DNA from: the human T2T-CHM13v2.0 reference genome, Homo sapiens
Assembly (NCBI RefSeq): GCF_009914755.1
Contig: NC_060944.1
Length of the DNA: 64,000 nt
Strand: one strand, 5' to 3'
A program made the translations under genes and the position numbers. Positions 44,473 to 59,269 of the stretch are shown here, piece by piece. Position 1 is the first letter of the stretch. The number at the start of each line of letters is the position of its first letter. The notes under the pieces were generated by a model. That model saw only the letters and a program-made list of their open reading frames with translations. It ran no database searches and was not told the DNA's origin.

Positions 44473-47400
44473 AGAAGGAGGCCAGGAGAGAGACCCTCGA
44501 GTGAGACCTGGAGGGTGAAACCACCTCAGCCCCTTGCAGCACGTACACACACATGGTTGCTCTCCACTGCACACTGCATGGCCCGGGGCAGCTACCAGCC
44601 TGCTGCTGCTCCACCTGGCCCTGGCTCCTCCTACAGCTTCTCCAGGTCCAGGTGTGTGCTCAGCTTCGTGATAAAGGGCCCAGTGCTGGTGACATCCTCA
44701 TCATCATGGTGAGAGGCAACAAGAATGGATGCGGGGCTCAGTCTGTCCTCAGGGCACCAGCTCGTGCCGTCGGTCCCAGCTTCTCCCTCCTCTCCCCATT
44801 TTGCATCCACCTTCCTTTCCCAACTGTCTGTTCTTCTGACTCCACGCACCTGGACCTGCCCAGGTCTCTTCGGGTCCCCCTTTCTGCTTTTGTGCTCTGC
44901 TCCCAACTTCCACAGCCGGTGCCCGGTGCTCTGTGCCACAGATGCTCCCCCTGCAGGTGCAGGGAGCGGGACACACCTGGTCCCCACCTTCCCGAAGCCT
45001 GTAGCCAGAGACTGAAAGCCTAGCCCTGCCTTCAGGCAGGCCAAGCTCTGGGTGTTATTCACAGCCCAGAACTCCCTGGGATCAAGTGAGGCTGGGATTG
45101 TGCCTAAAATCACACAGATTTCCTTGATGTTTTCCCTTCTCGGTTCTGCTTTCCTGACTCCAATAGTGGTTTCTCCTGGACATGTATCCCCAATAAACCA
45201 CCAGCGTGTGAATCAGTGATTCTGGGTCTGCAGGGAAACTTGCTCTAATGCAAAGATATTTAGCAAAGTGATTTCAAACAGCAGGTTAGGAGTCAAACAG
45301 CCTGTGCTGACGCTTGTGGAAGGTAAGACCAGGGGCTTAGTGAACAGGTGAGTGCACCTGTGTATATCCTGGGTGCCACCCCATCCGGCCACACTTTGTG
45401 TTAATGGGGGACACACAAAGGGGAGACCTTAACCCATAGGACCAGTAGGTCTGATCACACAGGCTGCCCTGCGCATGTGAAAAGTGGGAGCTGAGATCAA
45501 GCCCACTAAGACTGTCGGGAGGAATGGACATCTTTGCTTACTAATTTGTGTTTTGAAAATAATTTTAGGCTTGCAGCAAGGTTGCAAAACCAGCAGAGTT
45601 CCTATCTGCCCTTCACCCGGCTTCCCCTAATGTTAGCATCTTGCATAATCATGGTACAAGGGCGTCTTTTTAAAGCTCAGCTAAGGTACCCATGGCTAGC
45701 AGCTGGACTCCACCCAGAATGAGTAGGGGAGGCGGGGAAAATGTCACCTCAGATCTGAAGGATGGGTAAGGTTCCCCAGGATGATAACCCTACCCCACCC
45801 CAGAAGCGGGGAAATGTGTTCTGGGACAGACAGAGCATCCTGTGCAAAGGTTCAGAGCAGAAATCCTGTGTCCATTGTGCAGCTGTGGGAGGTGATGTGA
45901 GGGGGCCCTAGGGGAAGCAGGAGACAAAAGGGGCTACCAGGCCCTGGCAACCACACGATGCTGCAGCCAGGGGGACCAGGGCAGGTTCTCAGGGCCCTCT
46001 CCCCACCCCAGAGATGGCTGTCTTCACTCTAAGAGAATGGAGAGGGGGTAAGCAAAGGATCCACAAACATACAAAGACTCCACAGAGAAGCCAGGGTCCC
46101 AGGACCAGACTCATGAACAGGGGCTGGGGTCACATCCCAGCTGGGGCAGCCCTCTCCAAGCAGGAAAGGCAGCACCCCAGGGCTCAGTGGGCCCCTGGTA
46201 TGTGTGTTTGCGGCAGCAGGGGGTGGGTGGGGGATCTGAGCAGTCTAGGCTACCCCTTGGGGGCTGACTCCACCCCATCGTCCTTCCTCAGTGGCCAGGA
46301 AGCCATCCCCCTCCCCTTCTTTCCTGTCTCACTCTTCCTCGGAGGTCCCTCCCAGACACAGCTTTGTCCACATTATCAGTTGGTCACCCCCAACTCTACC
46401 CAGGCCTGTGCTGTCTCTCCTTAGAAATAAGTCTGTCTCCTTCCTGATAAGCCCTGAGGGAAGGAGACTGTCCTTCTTTCTCCCCAGCCTCAGGCCCACA
46501 TCTGGACATCCAGAGGCACCTGAGAAGGCTGAGGTGCTGATCTAATTAGCTGAGTAAAGCAATTGGCACTAAGCTGTGGGTGGCCCAGGCTGCACCTGGG
46601 GCTGGATGCCGGGAGGCCACAGAGTGAAGCTGAGGAGCCCAGACCAGTGTGCAGGGGAGGGGACAGCGGATGGGGAGGGGCACACAGATGGCTGCCCCAG
46701 GAGGTACTCACCTGGAGGCTATCTCAGAGCAAGGATCCCTCCCATCTCCCTTCCTCAACTTTGGGGGAATCTCTGCCCTCCCTCCCTTCCCACTAAGTGG
46801 TATCAAACCCTCGCCTGGAGGACAGTTTTGCCCTCTCACAGATAGAAGCCTGCTCAACTTTGACATCTGTGCCGAAATCATCCCAACCACCCCCATAGAT
46901 CTCCAAGGGCACTGTCACTGCCATCCACAAATGACACCAAATCCACCAATGATGTACAAAGGGAATGCCTGGGGGAGAGGGGTCATCTAGTGGACCAGGA
47001 GTCTTGGGTGCCCATAAACTTCTTAAACCACTTTCATGTGAATTCTCTTTAATTCAACAGATCATAATTCCAAATCTGGTTATACCAGCAGGCTGATCAC
47101 AAGTGAACATTTAAGCTCTGTGCCTTGGTTTCCCCAACAGTAAAGTGGGGTAAGGAGGGTTCCTACTTAATGGGGTGGCTGTAAGTATTGCAATGGCAGA
47201 ATCTACATGAAGTGCTCGGTCGTTGTGAGCTGTGGGCCTCTGTGTTCTGCTTCTGCTATAGTGGAGGAAGGCCGAGTTCACAACAGCACACCTGGATACA
47301 CTCTTTCTGGAAGTCGGTGTTGGAATATGGGTCAGAAGGTGAAACATACTTCTTACCAGCCATGTGATCTCAATTATTTAACCTCTCCGTGCCTCCATTT

Positions 47401-47704
47401 TTACACCTGGAAATGGGACTGACAATGCCTGATTCATAGATCATTGTGAGGATCAAATTAATTAGTAAACGGGAAGTGCATTAAACCATGCCTGGATCCA
47501 GTGGGCACTTGATTGATATTACGGCTATTATTTGGCCCAGATTCTATTTTTACAATTGTAACTCCAACTTTCAATTTTACAATTCCTCAAGTGTCATATC
47601 ATATGCGTATAATGCTGTTTGTTGCTGCAGAGCTATTTGTAATGGCAAAGAATTGGCAGCCACTTAAATATCAAACCATGGGGTGGGAACAATATACTGT
47701 AGAT

Positions 47705-48050
47705 CAGCTGTCCCCAACCTTTTTCGCACCAGGGACCAGTTTCATGGAAGACCATTTTTCCACGGACTGGGAGGAGGTGGGGGGAATGGTTTTGGGATGA
47801 GGCTGCTCCAGCTCAGATCATCAGGCATTAGTTAGTCTCATAAGGAGTGTACAGCCTGGATCCCTCGCATGTGCAACTCACAACGGGGTTCATGCTCCTG
47901 TGAGACTCTGATGCTACTGCTGATCTGACAGGAGGCGAAGCTCAGATGGTAATGCTCACTCTCTGCCAACACTCACCTCCTGCTGTGTGGCCCCATTCCT
48001 AACAGGCCACAGACCGGTGCTAGTCCTCGCCCAGGGGTTGGGGACCCCTG
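47705..48050 (-). mobile_element. MER1B (hAT-Charlie)
   Basis: TIRs CAGCTGTCCCCAACC ... GGTTGGGGACCCCTG; internal AGATCATCAGGCATTAG. Confidence 0.85.
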
Positions 48051-48895
48051 TTACAGATCATCCATATGATGGGATTCTTTGCAGCGGTTAAAAAAGGATG
48101 ACTCTATTTGGAATAATGTCCAAGATGTGCCTAAAGTTAAAAAGGAAACAAGAAGAAGAAGGTGACTAAACAATATGCAGTTATTCCATTTTAGTTTAAA
48201 AAATATGGTCAGGGTAGGCAAATACATTCTAAAGGAATTTTCACAAACTGCTCATTTCTAGAGAAAAGGATTCACTTTCTCCACTTATGTTTCTATATTT
48301 TTATAGTGAGAATATATGACTTTTGTAATCGACAAATAATATCATAACAAGAAGTGCACATTAAAATGAAAATGGCCATGATTGCTGTCTTTGGAGGAGG
48401 GTGGGAACAAACCGTGAAATACTGTGACTCTGGAAAGGGGGAGAGCCCAGCTCCAGAGGTCAAATTCCACTGCAGTGACCTGGAAAGGGCTGTCACATAC
48501 TTTGCAAAAGGAATCTCAGGGCATTGAGTGTGACTTTAGGTAGGTGACCCAAGGGCTGTGCTAGGAGATATGTTGCTAATCAGAGGTGCAGGCAGACAAG
48601 GAGTGGGGCCTGCCGTGCTCCATCAGCCCCCTCAGGACACCTAGAGAGACCTGCCAGCTGCTCAGACCAGGGAGACTTTGATCTAAGGGGCAACAGATGA
48701 GATTCTCCCTCCTTGGGATGTGGCCACTTCAAAGTGGAAGAGCAAAGAGCAGATTGGGGGACGGAAGGCTGAGGTGGCACAATCCTCCTTTCCCCCCGTC
48801 TTCCTTGCACACAGCTTCTTCTTCAGCCATTCTGGGTTCATGAAATGTCACAGAGCTGTCCAGGTCCTAGGCATAACCAGTGCTACCATTGTTGA

Positions 48896-49244
<349 letters not shown>

Positions 49245-49638
49245 ACATTAAGCACTTTCTAAGGCTCACTTTCTTCCACCTCCTGAATAAGCCTGTGGGT
49301 TATGTTATTATCCCCCATAGTACAGTCCAGAGCCTGAAGCTCAGAAATTTAAATATTTTTTACAAGTCACACAAATAATAAATTGTACATTTTGCAAATC
49401 TTACAAATTTGTGCACTTTTTTGTACAGATTACAATTTTCACAAACTGTAAAACCTGGAATTTCAATTGATTTTGTGTTGAAACCGTCATAAACAATAAA
49501 TCAACCAACCAGCAAACAAGAATGGTGTTGCGGGAAAGCTCTATAGAGACTCATTTCATTGCCTAACAAATATTAGATTGAGCATCTTTTATGCACAGCA
49601 TACTGTCCAATTGTTCTAGGTCCTGAGATGCCTCCTAG

Positions 49639-49936
<298 letters not shown>

Positions 49937-50039
49937 CACTTCCTCCTAGTACTTGAAACAGTGCCTGACACCTAACAAGGACCCCAAGTGATATTTCTGG
50001 TATTTCTGAATGAATGAAAGAATGAATAAGTAAATATGA

Positions 50040-50399
<360 letters not shown>

Positions 50400-51139
50400 T
50401 AGAAGCAAATGATCAACCAGCACCTAAATATTTCCAGCAAGGCGGCCTCATCACGGCACATCCACTCACGAATTTCATGTCCTGAAGTGAAAGGAGCTTT
50501 GAAAGACGGCTCAATGGAAAAAGCAAGACGCAGAAAAGAGTGCATAATATTCTGCCGTTTGTGTTAAAACGGGGACTATATATATACATATACATATATT
50601 TGTATTGCCTTTTATCTATAAAAAATATCTGGGAGGATAAATAATGAACTATTAATAGGGCTTTCCTATTGGGATGGGAACTGGGGTCGATGGACGGGGG
50701 CAGGGTGGGAGGGGGGTTCTTAGTGTTAACTTTTACATACTTTTCGAACTAGAAGCTGTCTGAATGTTTTACCCACTCAAAGTGCTAAATAATTTTTATT
50801 GAAATTCTGTTAGTTGAATTTTACTAAAATTCTTTTAGGATAGCCAAAAAAAAAAAAAAAAGCTTAAAATACCAACTATTGATGAGAAGGTGGTGCAGCT
50901 GGAACCCTCCTGCGTTTCAGGGTGGATGCTCCATGGGCTCCACCCCTTGGGAGCTGCCGGGCAGCACCCACTCAAGCTAAGTGCACACTCTCCTTGAGGG
51001 CATGAGCAAGACAAGTGCACGCACATCGGCACAAAGAGAAGCACAGGACTACTCAAAGCAGCTTGGTTCCTTAGAGCCAAGAACTGGAAACAACTCAAAT
51101 ATATACATCAAAAATAGAATGGATAAATAAGTTATGGTA

Positions 51140-51430
<291 letters not shown>

Positions 51431-51783
51431 TTATGGTATATTCATCAGTAGAATACTACACAGCAATGAAAAATAGCAACAACCATCAATGAATCTCATG
51501 GACGTTGTGTTGAGACAAAGAAGCCAGACACAAAACAGAACTTACTATATGATTCTATTTACATAAAGTTCCAAAGCTAATCGACAGTGAGAGAATTCGG
51601 TACAGTGGTTACCTTTCCGCTAGGATGGGGAGAAGTGCTGCCTGGAAAGGGGCTCAAGAAAGTCCTCCGGGGTCATGGAAATGTCCTATCTCTTATTCCA
51701 TATGTATGGAAAAATTCATCAAGCCATTTATCTAACAATGTGTGTGCTTGATGTAAAGTTTGTAACTCCATTAAAAAAATATC

Positions 51784-52015
51784 CAGCCTGGGCAACATGG
51801 TGAAACCTTGTCTCTATAAAAAAAAATACAAAAATTAGCTGGGCGTGGTGGTACATGCCTATAGTTCCAGCTACTAGGAAGGCTGAAGTGGGAGGATCAC
51901 TTGTGCCTGGGAGGTTGAGGCTGCGGTGAGCCATAAGCATGCCACTGCACTCCAGCCTGGGTGACAGAGTAAGACGTTGTCTCAAAACAATAAAGTATAA
52001 TACAATAAAAATAAA
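51784..52015 (+). mobile_element. AluJ-like, 5'-truncated
   Basis: Starts at CCAGCCTGGGCAACATGG. Confidence 0.85.
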
Positions 52016-52632
52016 AAGAATTCATCAGAACAATTTGACAGTTCCTCAAAAAGTTAAACAGTTATGACATGACCCAGTAATTCCACTCCTAGGTATATAA
52101 CAAACAGAATGGAAAACAGGGGCCCAGACATATATCTGTACACAAATGTTCATGGTAGCATTATTTGTAATAGCCAAAAGGTAGAAACAACCCAAATGTC
52201 CATCCAGAAATAAATAGATAAACAATTGTGGCATAGCCAGGCAACGGAATATTATTCAGCCGTGAAAGGAATGAAGTTCCAATACATGATGCAATATGGA
52301 TAAACTTTGTAAACATGCTAATTGAGACAAGGTGGACACAAAAATCACACACTGTTATGATTTCCTTGATATGCAATGTCCAGAATAGGCAAATCCAAAG
52401 AGACAGAAAGATGAGTCATTGCCAGGGGCTGATGGGAGAGAGATGAGGACTGACTAGGTAACAGGTGCAGAGCTTCCGTTTGGGGTGATGAAGGTGTTCT
52501 GGGACTGCAGAGTGGTGATGCATGCACAGCGAGAATGTATTAAAAGCCACTGAATTGTACATTTTAAAGTGGTTAATTATATGAATTTCACCTTGCTTTT
52601 TTTATTATTATTTCCTTTTTTTGGCCTTCAAC

Positions 52633-52943
52633 TTTTATTTTGTTTTGTTTTGTTTTGTTTGAGATGGATTCTCACTCTATCTCCCAGGCTGGAGTGCAGG
52701 GGCATGATCTCAACTCACTACAACCTCCACCTCCCTGGGTTCAAGTGATTCTCCTGCCTCAGCCTCCCAAGTAGCTGGGATTATAGGTGCCTGCCACCAC
52801 GCCCAGCTAATTTTTGTATTTTTAGTAGAGATGGGGTTTCACCATGTTGGCCAGGCTGGTCTCGAACTCCTGACCTCAGGTGATCTGCTCGCCTTGGCCT
52901 CCCAAAGTGCTGGGATTACAGGCGTGAGCCACCATGCCCGGCC
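52633..52943 (-). mobile_element. Alu (Sx-like) inserted at the L1 tail
   Basis: TSD CTTCAACTTTTATTTT. Confidence 0.95.
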
Positions 52944-52951
52944 TGTCTTCA

Positions 52952-54012
52952 ACTTTTATTTTAAGTTCAGGATGTGCAGGTTTGTTGCATAGGTAGATGT
53001 ATGCCATGGTGGTATGCTGCCAAGATCATCCCATCACCTAGGTATGAAGCCCAGCATCCATTAGCTGTTCTTCCTGATGCTCTCCCTCCTCACCCCCCAA
53101 CAGGCCCCAGTGTGTATTTTCTGCCCTGCCCCCCCGCCCCCGCCATGTGTCTATGCATTCTCATCATTCAACTCCCACTTATAAGTGAGAGCATGTGGTG
53201 TTTGGTTTTCTGTTTCTGTATGAGTTTGCTGAGGATAATGGCTTCCAACTCCATCCATGTCCCTTCAAAGGACATGATCTCATTCATTTTTATGGCTGCA
53301 TGGTATTCCATGGTCTATATGTAGCACATTTTCTTTATCCAGTCTATCATTGATGGGCATTTGTGTTGATTCCATGTCTTTGCTATTGTGAATAGTGTTG
53401 CAATGAACATACGCATGCATGTATCTTTATAATAGAATGATTTATATCCCTTTGGGTATATGCCCAGTAATGGGATTGCTAGGTCATATGGTATTTCTGC
53501 CTCTAGATCTTTGAGGAATCGCTACGCTGTCTTCCATAAGACACTTTTTAATGGGGTTGTTTGTTTTTTTCTTGTAAATTTAAGTTCCTTGTAAACTCTG
53601 GATATTAGACCTTTGTCAGATGGATAGACTGCAAAAATTGCCTTCCATTCTGTAAGTTGTCTGTTTACTGTGATGATAGTTTCTTTTGCTGTGCAGAAGC
53701 TCTTCAGTTTAATTAGATCCCATTTGTCTTACTTTTGTTGCAATTGCTTTTGGCATTTCATCATGAAATCTTTGCCTGTGCCTATGTCCTGAATGGTATT
53801 GCCTAGATTTTCTTCTAGGGTTTTTATAGTTTTGGGTTTTACATTTAAGTCTTTCATCCATCTTGAGTTAATTTTTGTAAAAGGTGTAAGGGAGGGGTCC
53901 AGTTTCAATTTTCTGCATATGGCTAGCCAGTTCTACCAGCACCATTTATTAAATAGGGAATCCTTTCCCCATTGCTTGTTTTTGTCAGGTTTGCCAAAGA
54001 TCAGATGGTTGT
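52952..54012 (-). mobile_element. L1PA-type 3' fragment with internal deletion (~53537)
   Basis: Antisense L1 3'UTR and ORF2 end (CCCACTTATAAGTGAGAGCATG, TAGGGAATCCTTTCCCCATTGCTTG). Confidence 0.9.
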
Positions 54013-54096
54013 ATCACCTAGGTTTTTAAAAAGAAAAAAAACAATTAAAAAAATCCCCCAGGAAGTTTCAATGTTGAAAACCCAATTTGCTGCATC

Positions 54097-54365
54097 TCAG
54101 GGGTCAGGTAGAGCCAGATTTTCCTCTAGCAAGAGAAAGGACACTGTGTTGTCCATCAAGCGCTGGCTCTGCCATGGCCCTGCATCCAGGGCCATGTTAA
54201 AGTGTAGGCATCGGGGGACACGCAGGAGGTGCGGCAGGGGCAGTGCTCTGTGGCCGCTGTGGATGTGGTCTTCTCCAGTGCTTACAGCCCGACTGTACCT
54301 CTGCAGCTTTCTGGCTGGGGGATCAGGGTCAACGTGCTTATTCTCTCTAAGCCTCTTTCCCCCTT
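54097..54365 (-). pseudogene. Candidate terminal coding pseudo-exon
   Basis: Pyrimidine tract TTGTTATTTTTCCTGTTTTATGGAAG then stop-free GGKRLRENKHVDPDPPARKLQRY...LLLEENLALPDP*. Confidence 0.45.
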
Positions 54366-54932
54366 CCATAAAACAGGAAAAATAACAATGCTTACCTCAC
54401 TGAGTCACATAGAATAAGGTGGGCTAGGACAAGTGAGGCTCTGAGAACATGACTGGCCCATTCTAAGCCCTCAAAGGATTCAGTTTTTCCTGCTCTCTGT
54501 CCCACAGGACACTCACTGAGTAAAACGACAGGAGGAATCACCAAATATCTCGGTTTTTTTCAAAGTGCATACCACTGAATATGATGAATTAAATTCACGC
54601 CTATCATGACTTCAGTCCTCTACAATCAACCCCATTTTGGAGGCTAAGGCTCTGTTAGGAGGAGGGTTCACCCTAAAATCTGCAGAGTGGTTGAGCTGAA
54701 CGACAGTCCCACTTTGAGTCCATCTCACGCTGGACCTCTCTGGAAAAATCGTCCAAAAATAGGTTCTGGGTCAGGCTACATTTTCCCTGGAAGGCTCCAA
54801 GAATGGTTTGCCCAGTGCTCTGATCCTGAGGTTGCAAATCTCCCCCAGCTGCAGAGAGTGCCCCCAGGCATGCTCCCCTGCCCAGCTGTGAGGCAGCTGC
54901 TCACGGGGCTCTCAGAAGTACCTTCCTCGCAC

Positions 54933-55379
54933 CTGCCGCAGGCCCGTGTGACTCTCTTTCACGCACGCATCGTGTTACAGCCTCGCGTTCAGGCCCTGCG
55001 GCTGCTTTCATGTGCACTGCTGCCACGTCTGCAACTTGCCCTCCTTGGGGCCCGTGGCACCCACCATGCACCAAGCAGTCTGTCAGCAAGAGCCAGGTGC
55101 TCAAAGAGAAGTGAGCTCCGGTGACATCCAGGGGACTGCATGAGGCAGACCCCCAGGGAGTTGGTGTCGAAGCCTCCTTCTCCCGCTCCTGTCCCCACTT
55201 CCAGTCTGCAACCGCGCTCTGCCAATCTCATCCCCCAAGGAGCCCCCAAATGCATCGGCATTGCTGTGGCCCTGTCACCACCATCTCAACCCGGTCAGTG
55301 CTGCCTCTCCCTGGACAGCTGTCCCTCGATCTGCGATCACTTCGTAGCTATCCATTCTCCACGTTGAGTCCAGAACCAT
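54933..55379 (-). pseudogene. Candidate pseudo-exon (447 nt, phase 1/1)
   Basis: TTCCATAG|AT acceptor, CAG|GTGCGA donor, 2 in-frame stops in 149 codons, about 21 CpG by hand count. Confidence 0.45.
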
Positions 55380-55423
55380 CTATGGAATCATGAATAGCAG
55401 CCAATCACAGTGAGCCTCACTAA

Positions 55424-56067
<644 letters not shown>

Positions 56068-57053
56068 CATTTCAGCTTCTTAACCAACCCATGGCGGATG
56101 GTACAGAAGAGGAAACTGAGACCCATACAATAAATAACGTGCTTTAAGTCCCATATCTCAAAAGTGGTAGTAGCAAGACGTGAACCCAAATCGTCAGATT
56201 CCAAACCACCTACTGTGAACCACACACCATGCGCGCAGAATGTCTGGGGCTCTCTTTGCATCCATGTCCAGCTAAAGTGGCTTTGCAGGGGCAAGATCTG
56301 TGTTTCCAAGGATCCTTCTTTCAGGGGCTTCAGGTTAGTTTTTGCAAGGAGAGGTTCTTGTGAGAAACCTGGACAGTGGAAGAAAAGAAGGAGCTGCTGA
56401 TCTCCGAGGCAGCTGCAGCCAGGCCCACAGGAGACCTGAGGATTCCCAGGGGCTTCCCAGTGATCTCCTGACAACCACACACCCAGAGCTTCTTCTTGAG
56501 CCCTCTGTGAAGCAGGCCATGATCTTTCCTGGCAACATCTCCATCCTTCACTACCTTTGCTCCTGCAAAAGCCCCCAATTCCTCGATTAAACCCCACAAA
56601 CTTGGAGTACCTAGAGTAGCTTCTATTTCCTAAGCTCTGATCCACTGCCATCCACTATTGATGCCTGAGGCATACTGATCATTTCAACCCCCACCTCACG
56701 ATTGCTCTTAGACAAGGACCAACACCCGCACCAGTCCTGCAGGTGCTACTTGCACCGCTCCACGGTCCTCTCCAGTCTCCTCTCCCCATTTCCTGTCCTG
56801 TTCCCGATACCTCTCTGCTGTCCAGCCTCACCCACTTCTGAGGTCACCATCCTTCCTTGGAACATCTGCACCTGCAGTACCTTTTGCCTGGAACTCTCTT
56901 CTCTGCCACTCAGACCAGGTAACTTCTCATCTGTCAGACTTCAGCTCAGACATCACCTCCTCCATGGAGCCATCCCTGATTCCCCAAGGGGGAATTCCTC
57001 AAGGGATGCCCTCGAGGTTTAGGGCACTGGTCACATTGTTATTTGTGTGGTTG

Positions 57054-57742
57054 TGATATGGTTTGGCTGTGTCCCCACCCAAATCTCATGTTGAATTGTA
57101 TTAAGATAATTAATAGTTCCCATAATCCCCATGTGTCACGGGAGGGACCTGGTGGGAGGTAATTGAATTGTGGGGTGGTTACCCTCATGCTCTTCTCATG
57201 ATAGTGAGCGAGTTCTCACAAGAGCTGATGGCTTTGTAAGGGGCTTTCCCCACTTTTGCTCAGCACTTCTCCTTGCTGCTGCCATGTGAAGAAGTATGTG
57301 TTTGCTTCCCCTTCCGCCATGATTGTCAGTTTCCTGAGGCCTTCCCAGACATGCTGAACTGAGGGTCAATTAAACCTCTTTTCTTTATAAATTACCCAGT
57401 CTCGGCCAGGCGTGATGTCTCACGCCTGTAATCCCAGCACTTTAGGAGGCTGAGGTGGGTGGATCACCTGTGGTCAGGAGTTCAAGCCTGACCAACATGG
57501 TGAAACCCCATCTCTACTAAAAATACAAAATTACCCGGGTGTGGTGGCGCATGCCTATAATCCCAGCTACTCTGGAGGCTGAGTCAGGAGAATCACTCGA
57601 ACCCAGGAGGTGGAGGTTGCAGTGAGCCGAGATCACGCATTGCACTCCAGCCTAGGCAACAAGAGTAAAACCCCATCTCAAAAAAAAAAATTACCCAGTC
57701 TTGTGTATGTTTTTATTAGCAGCATAAGAACAGACTAATACA
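57054..57742 (+). mobile_element. THE1D-like MaLR solo LTR containing an Alu
   Basis: TGATATGGTTTGGCTGTGTCCCCACCCAAATCTCA...GACTAATACA; near-TSD GGTTG/GGCTG. Confidence 0.9.
57404..57690 (+). mobile_element. Alu nested in the THE1 LTR
   Basis: TSD AAATTACCCAGTCT. Confidence 0.95.
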
Positions 57743-57918
57743 GGCTGATTCTCGAGACTGTAACTTCAGGAGAGCAGGACCATGCCTGTTGGCTGTCCAT
57801 GGCATCCCCAGCCCAGAGCAGTGCCCACCCCCAAAGATTCTTATTAAGTAACCACTGCGTAAGGAACAGCCCTGGGGGAAGACTGGGCCTAGATAACCCT
57901 GAGACAGGCAGTCCTCAC

Positions 57919-58102
57919 CATACATGATGCCTATAGGGACAGAGGAGAAGGTGTGAGATTGCTCCCAGCCAGGAAACACAGGGCGTCACAATGACCCCAG
58001 CTTTGGAGAAATACAGGGATGGGGCAGCCGGGGACACAGTGGGAGAGGCTGAGAGAGCACTGTGTCTTCTGGCCAGGCAGGAAGCTGGATATGGAGGTAG
58101 GC
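57919..58102 (-). pseudogene. Candidate pseudo-exon
   Basis: TACTTAACCTTCTTCCCGCAG|GC acceptor with branch point; ATG|GTGAGG donor; phase-1 frame stop-free. Confidence 0.5.
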
Positions 58103-58795
58103 CTGCGGGAAGAAGGTTAAGTACCAACATGTATTCTTTTGTCTGTAAAACAGACCCACTCTCTTCATCAGGGGAACTGCTTTTTCCCAGTATGCTTTCC
58201 CACCATGGTCCTGGTACAGCTGCTGATCCCTGTGACCAGATCTCCTGGCTATGGTGTGGGGCACAAGACTCACAGCCTCATGCCCTTGGCCACCATGGTT
58301 TTGGGTCTTTACAAAGGTATTTTAATGATGCAGGGAAAAGTTTACACTACTTAAGTGAAGCAGCAACACATACAATTCTATGAGTACAATGACCTCAATT
58401 GTATAAAAATATCTATAGTGCATTTAAAAGCGCTAGAAGGAAATATGGCTTCCTCTGAGTGTGAGATTGTGGGCAATTTTTTCCTCTATATTTTCCAATA
58501 TGTCATGCGTTACCCTATAACCCCGGAAGAAAACATTGCTAAAAGGGGGGAACCACACCTGAATAGCCTCTTAAGAAGAGCGTTCTGCCCACAGGTTGCC
58601 ACGGGGCTGCAAGCGAGGCAGCTGTTGAAGGGGTGACAGCCAGAGCTCCTCGGGCCACTGCCGTGACAACAGAAAGGGAGAAGGTGAACACTATGAGAGA
58701 TTTCTAAGAAAGATCTTTGTACAGGACATTTGATGGTTTTGTCTTCTCTTCTCAGAATGTTAATCTTTTCTTTCTTCTAGGACTTTTCCTCAGAG

Positions 58796-59165
58796 ACTAT
58801 AAACTGAATGCTTGTACCCCCAGTGTGATGGGATTTGGAGATGAAGCTTTTGGGGGATGACCAGGGTTAGATGTCAGGAGGCCCTGGTCTGATGTGATGG
58901 GAGTGGTGCCCTTCTTAGCAGGGACACCGACCAGAGCGTTTGCTCGTTGATGCCCTACCTCCGTGCACACCGAGGAAAGGCTGTGTGAGCCACAGTGAGA
59001 AGGCGGCCATCTGTAAGCCAGGAAGAGGGCCTGCGCCAGAACCTGACCATCTTGACACCTGGACCTTGGACTTCCAGCCTCCAGAATGGTGAAAATATAT
59101 ATTTCTGTTGTTTAAGCCACCCAGTTTACGGTATTTTGCTACAGCAGCCGAAGTAGGCTAATACA
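58796..59165 (+). mobile_element. MST/MLT1A-type MaLR LTR
   Basis: GTGAGAAGGCGGCCATCTGTAAGCCAGGAAGAGGGC...TTGTTTAAGCCACCCAGT...CTAATACA. Confidence 0.8.
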
Positions 59166-59269
59166 GAGACCCCCACCCAACCCTGCAACTCTCTCCACAT
59201 AGTCCGGTGGGGCTGAGCCTGGCTCTGTCCACGGGTGAACTGGGCAGAGAGTATTGCATCCTCCCACCC

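Noticed and set aside
52974-54029. ORFs of 116 and 78 aa in the L1 region
   Set aside because: Antisense readings of a truncated, deleted L1; no intact ORF2.
56228-56562. Exon-like unit (TTTTGCAG|GA ... ATG|GTGTGT) as a firm member of the fossil gene
   Set aside because: Kept only as tentative: adjacent 56587-56640 (ATTAAACCCC...TACCTAGAGTAGCTTCTATTTCCT) resembles the 3' end of an old ERVL-type LTR, so the segment may be repeat-derived.
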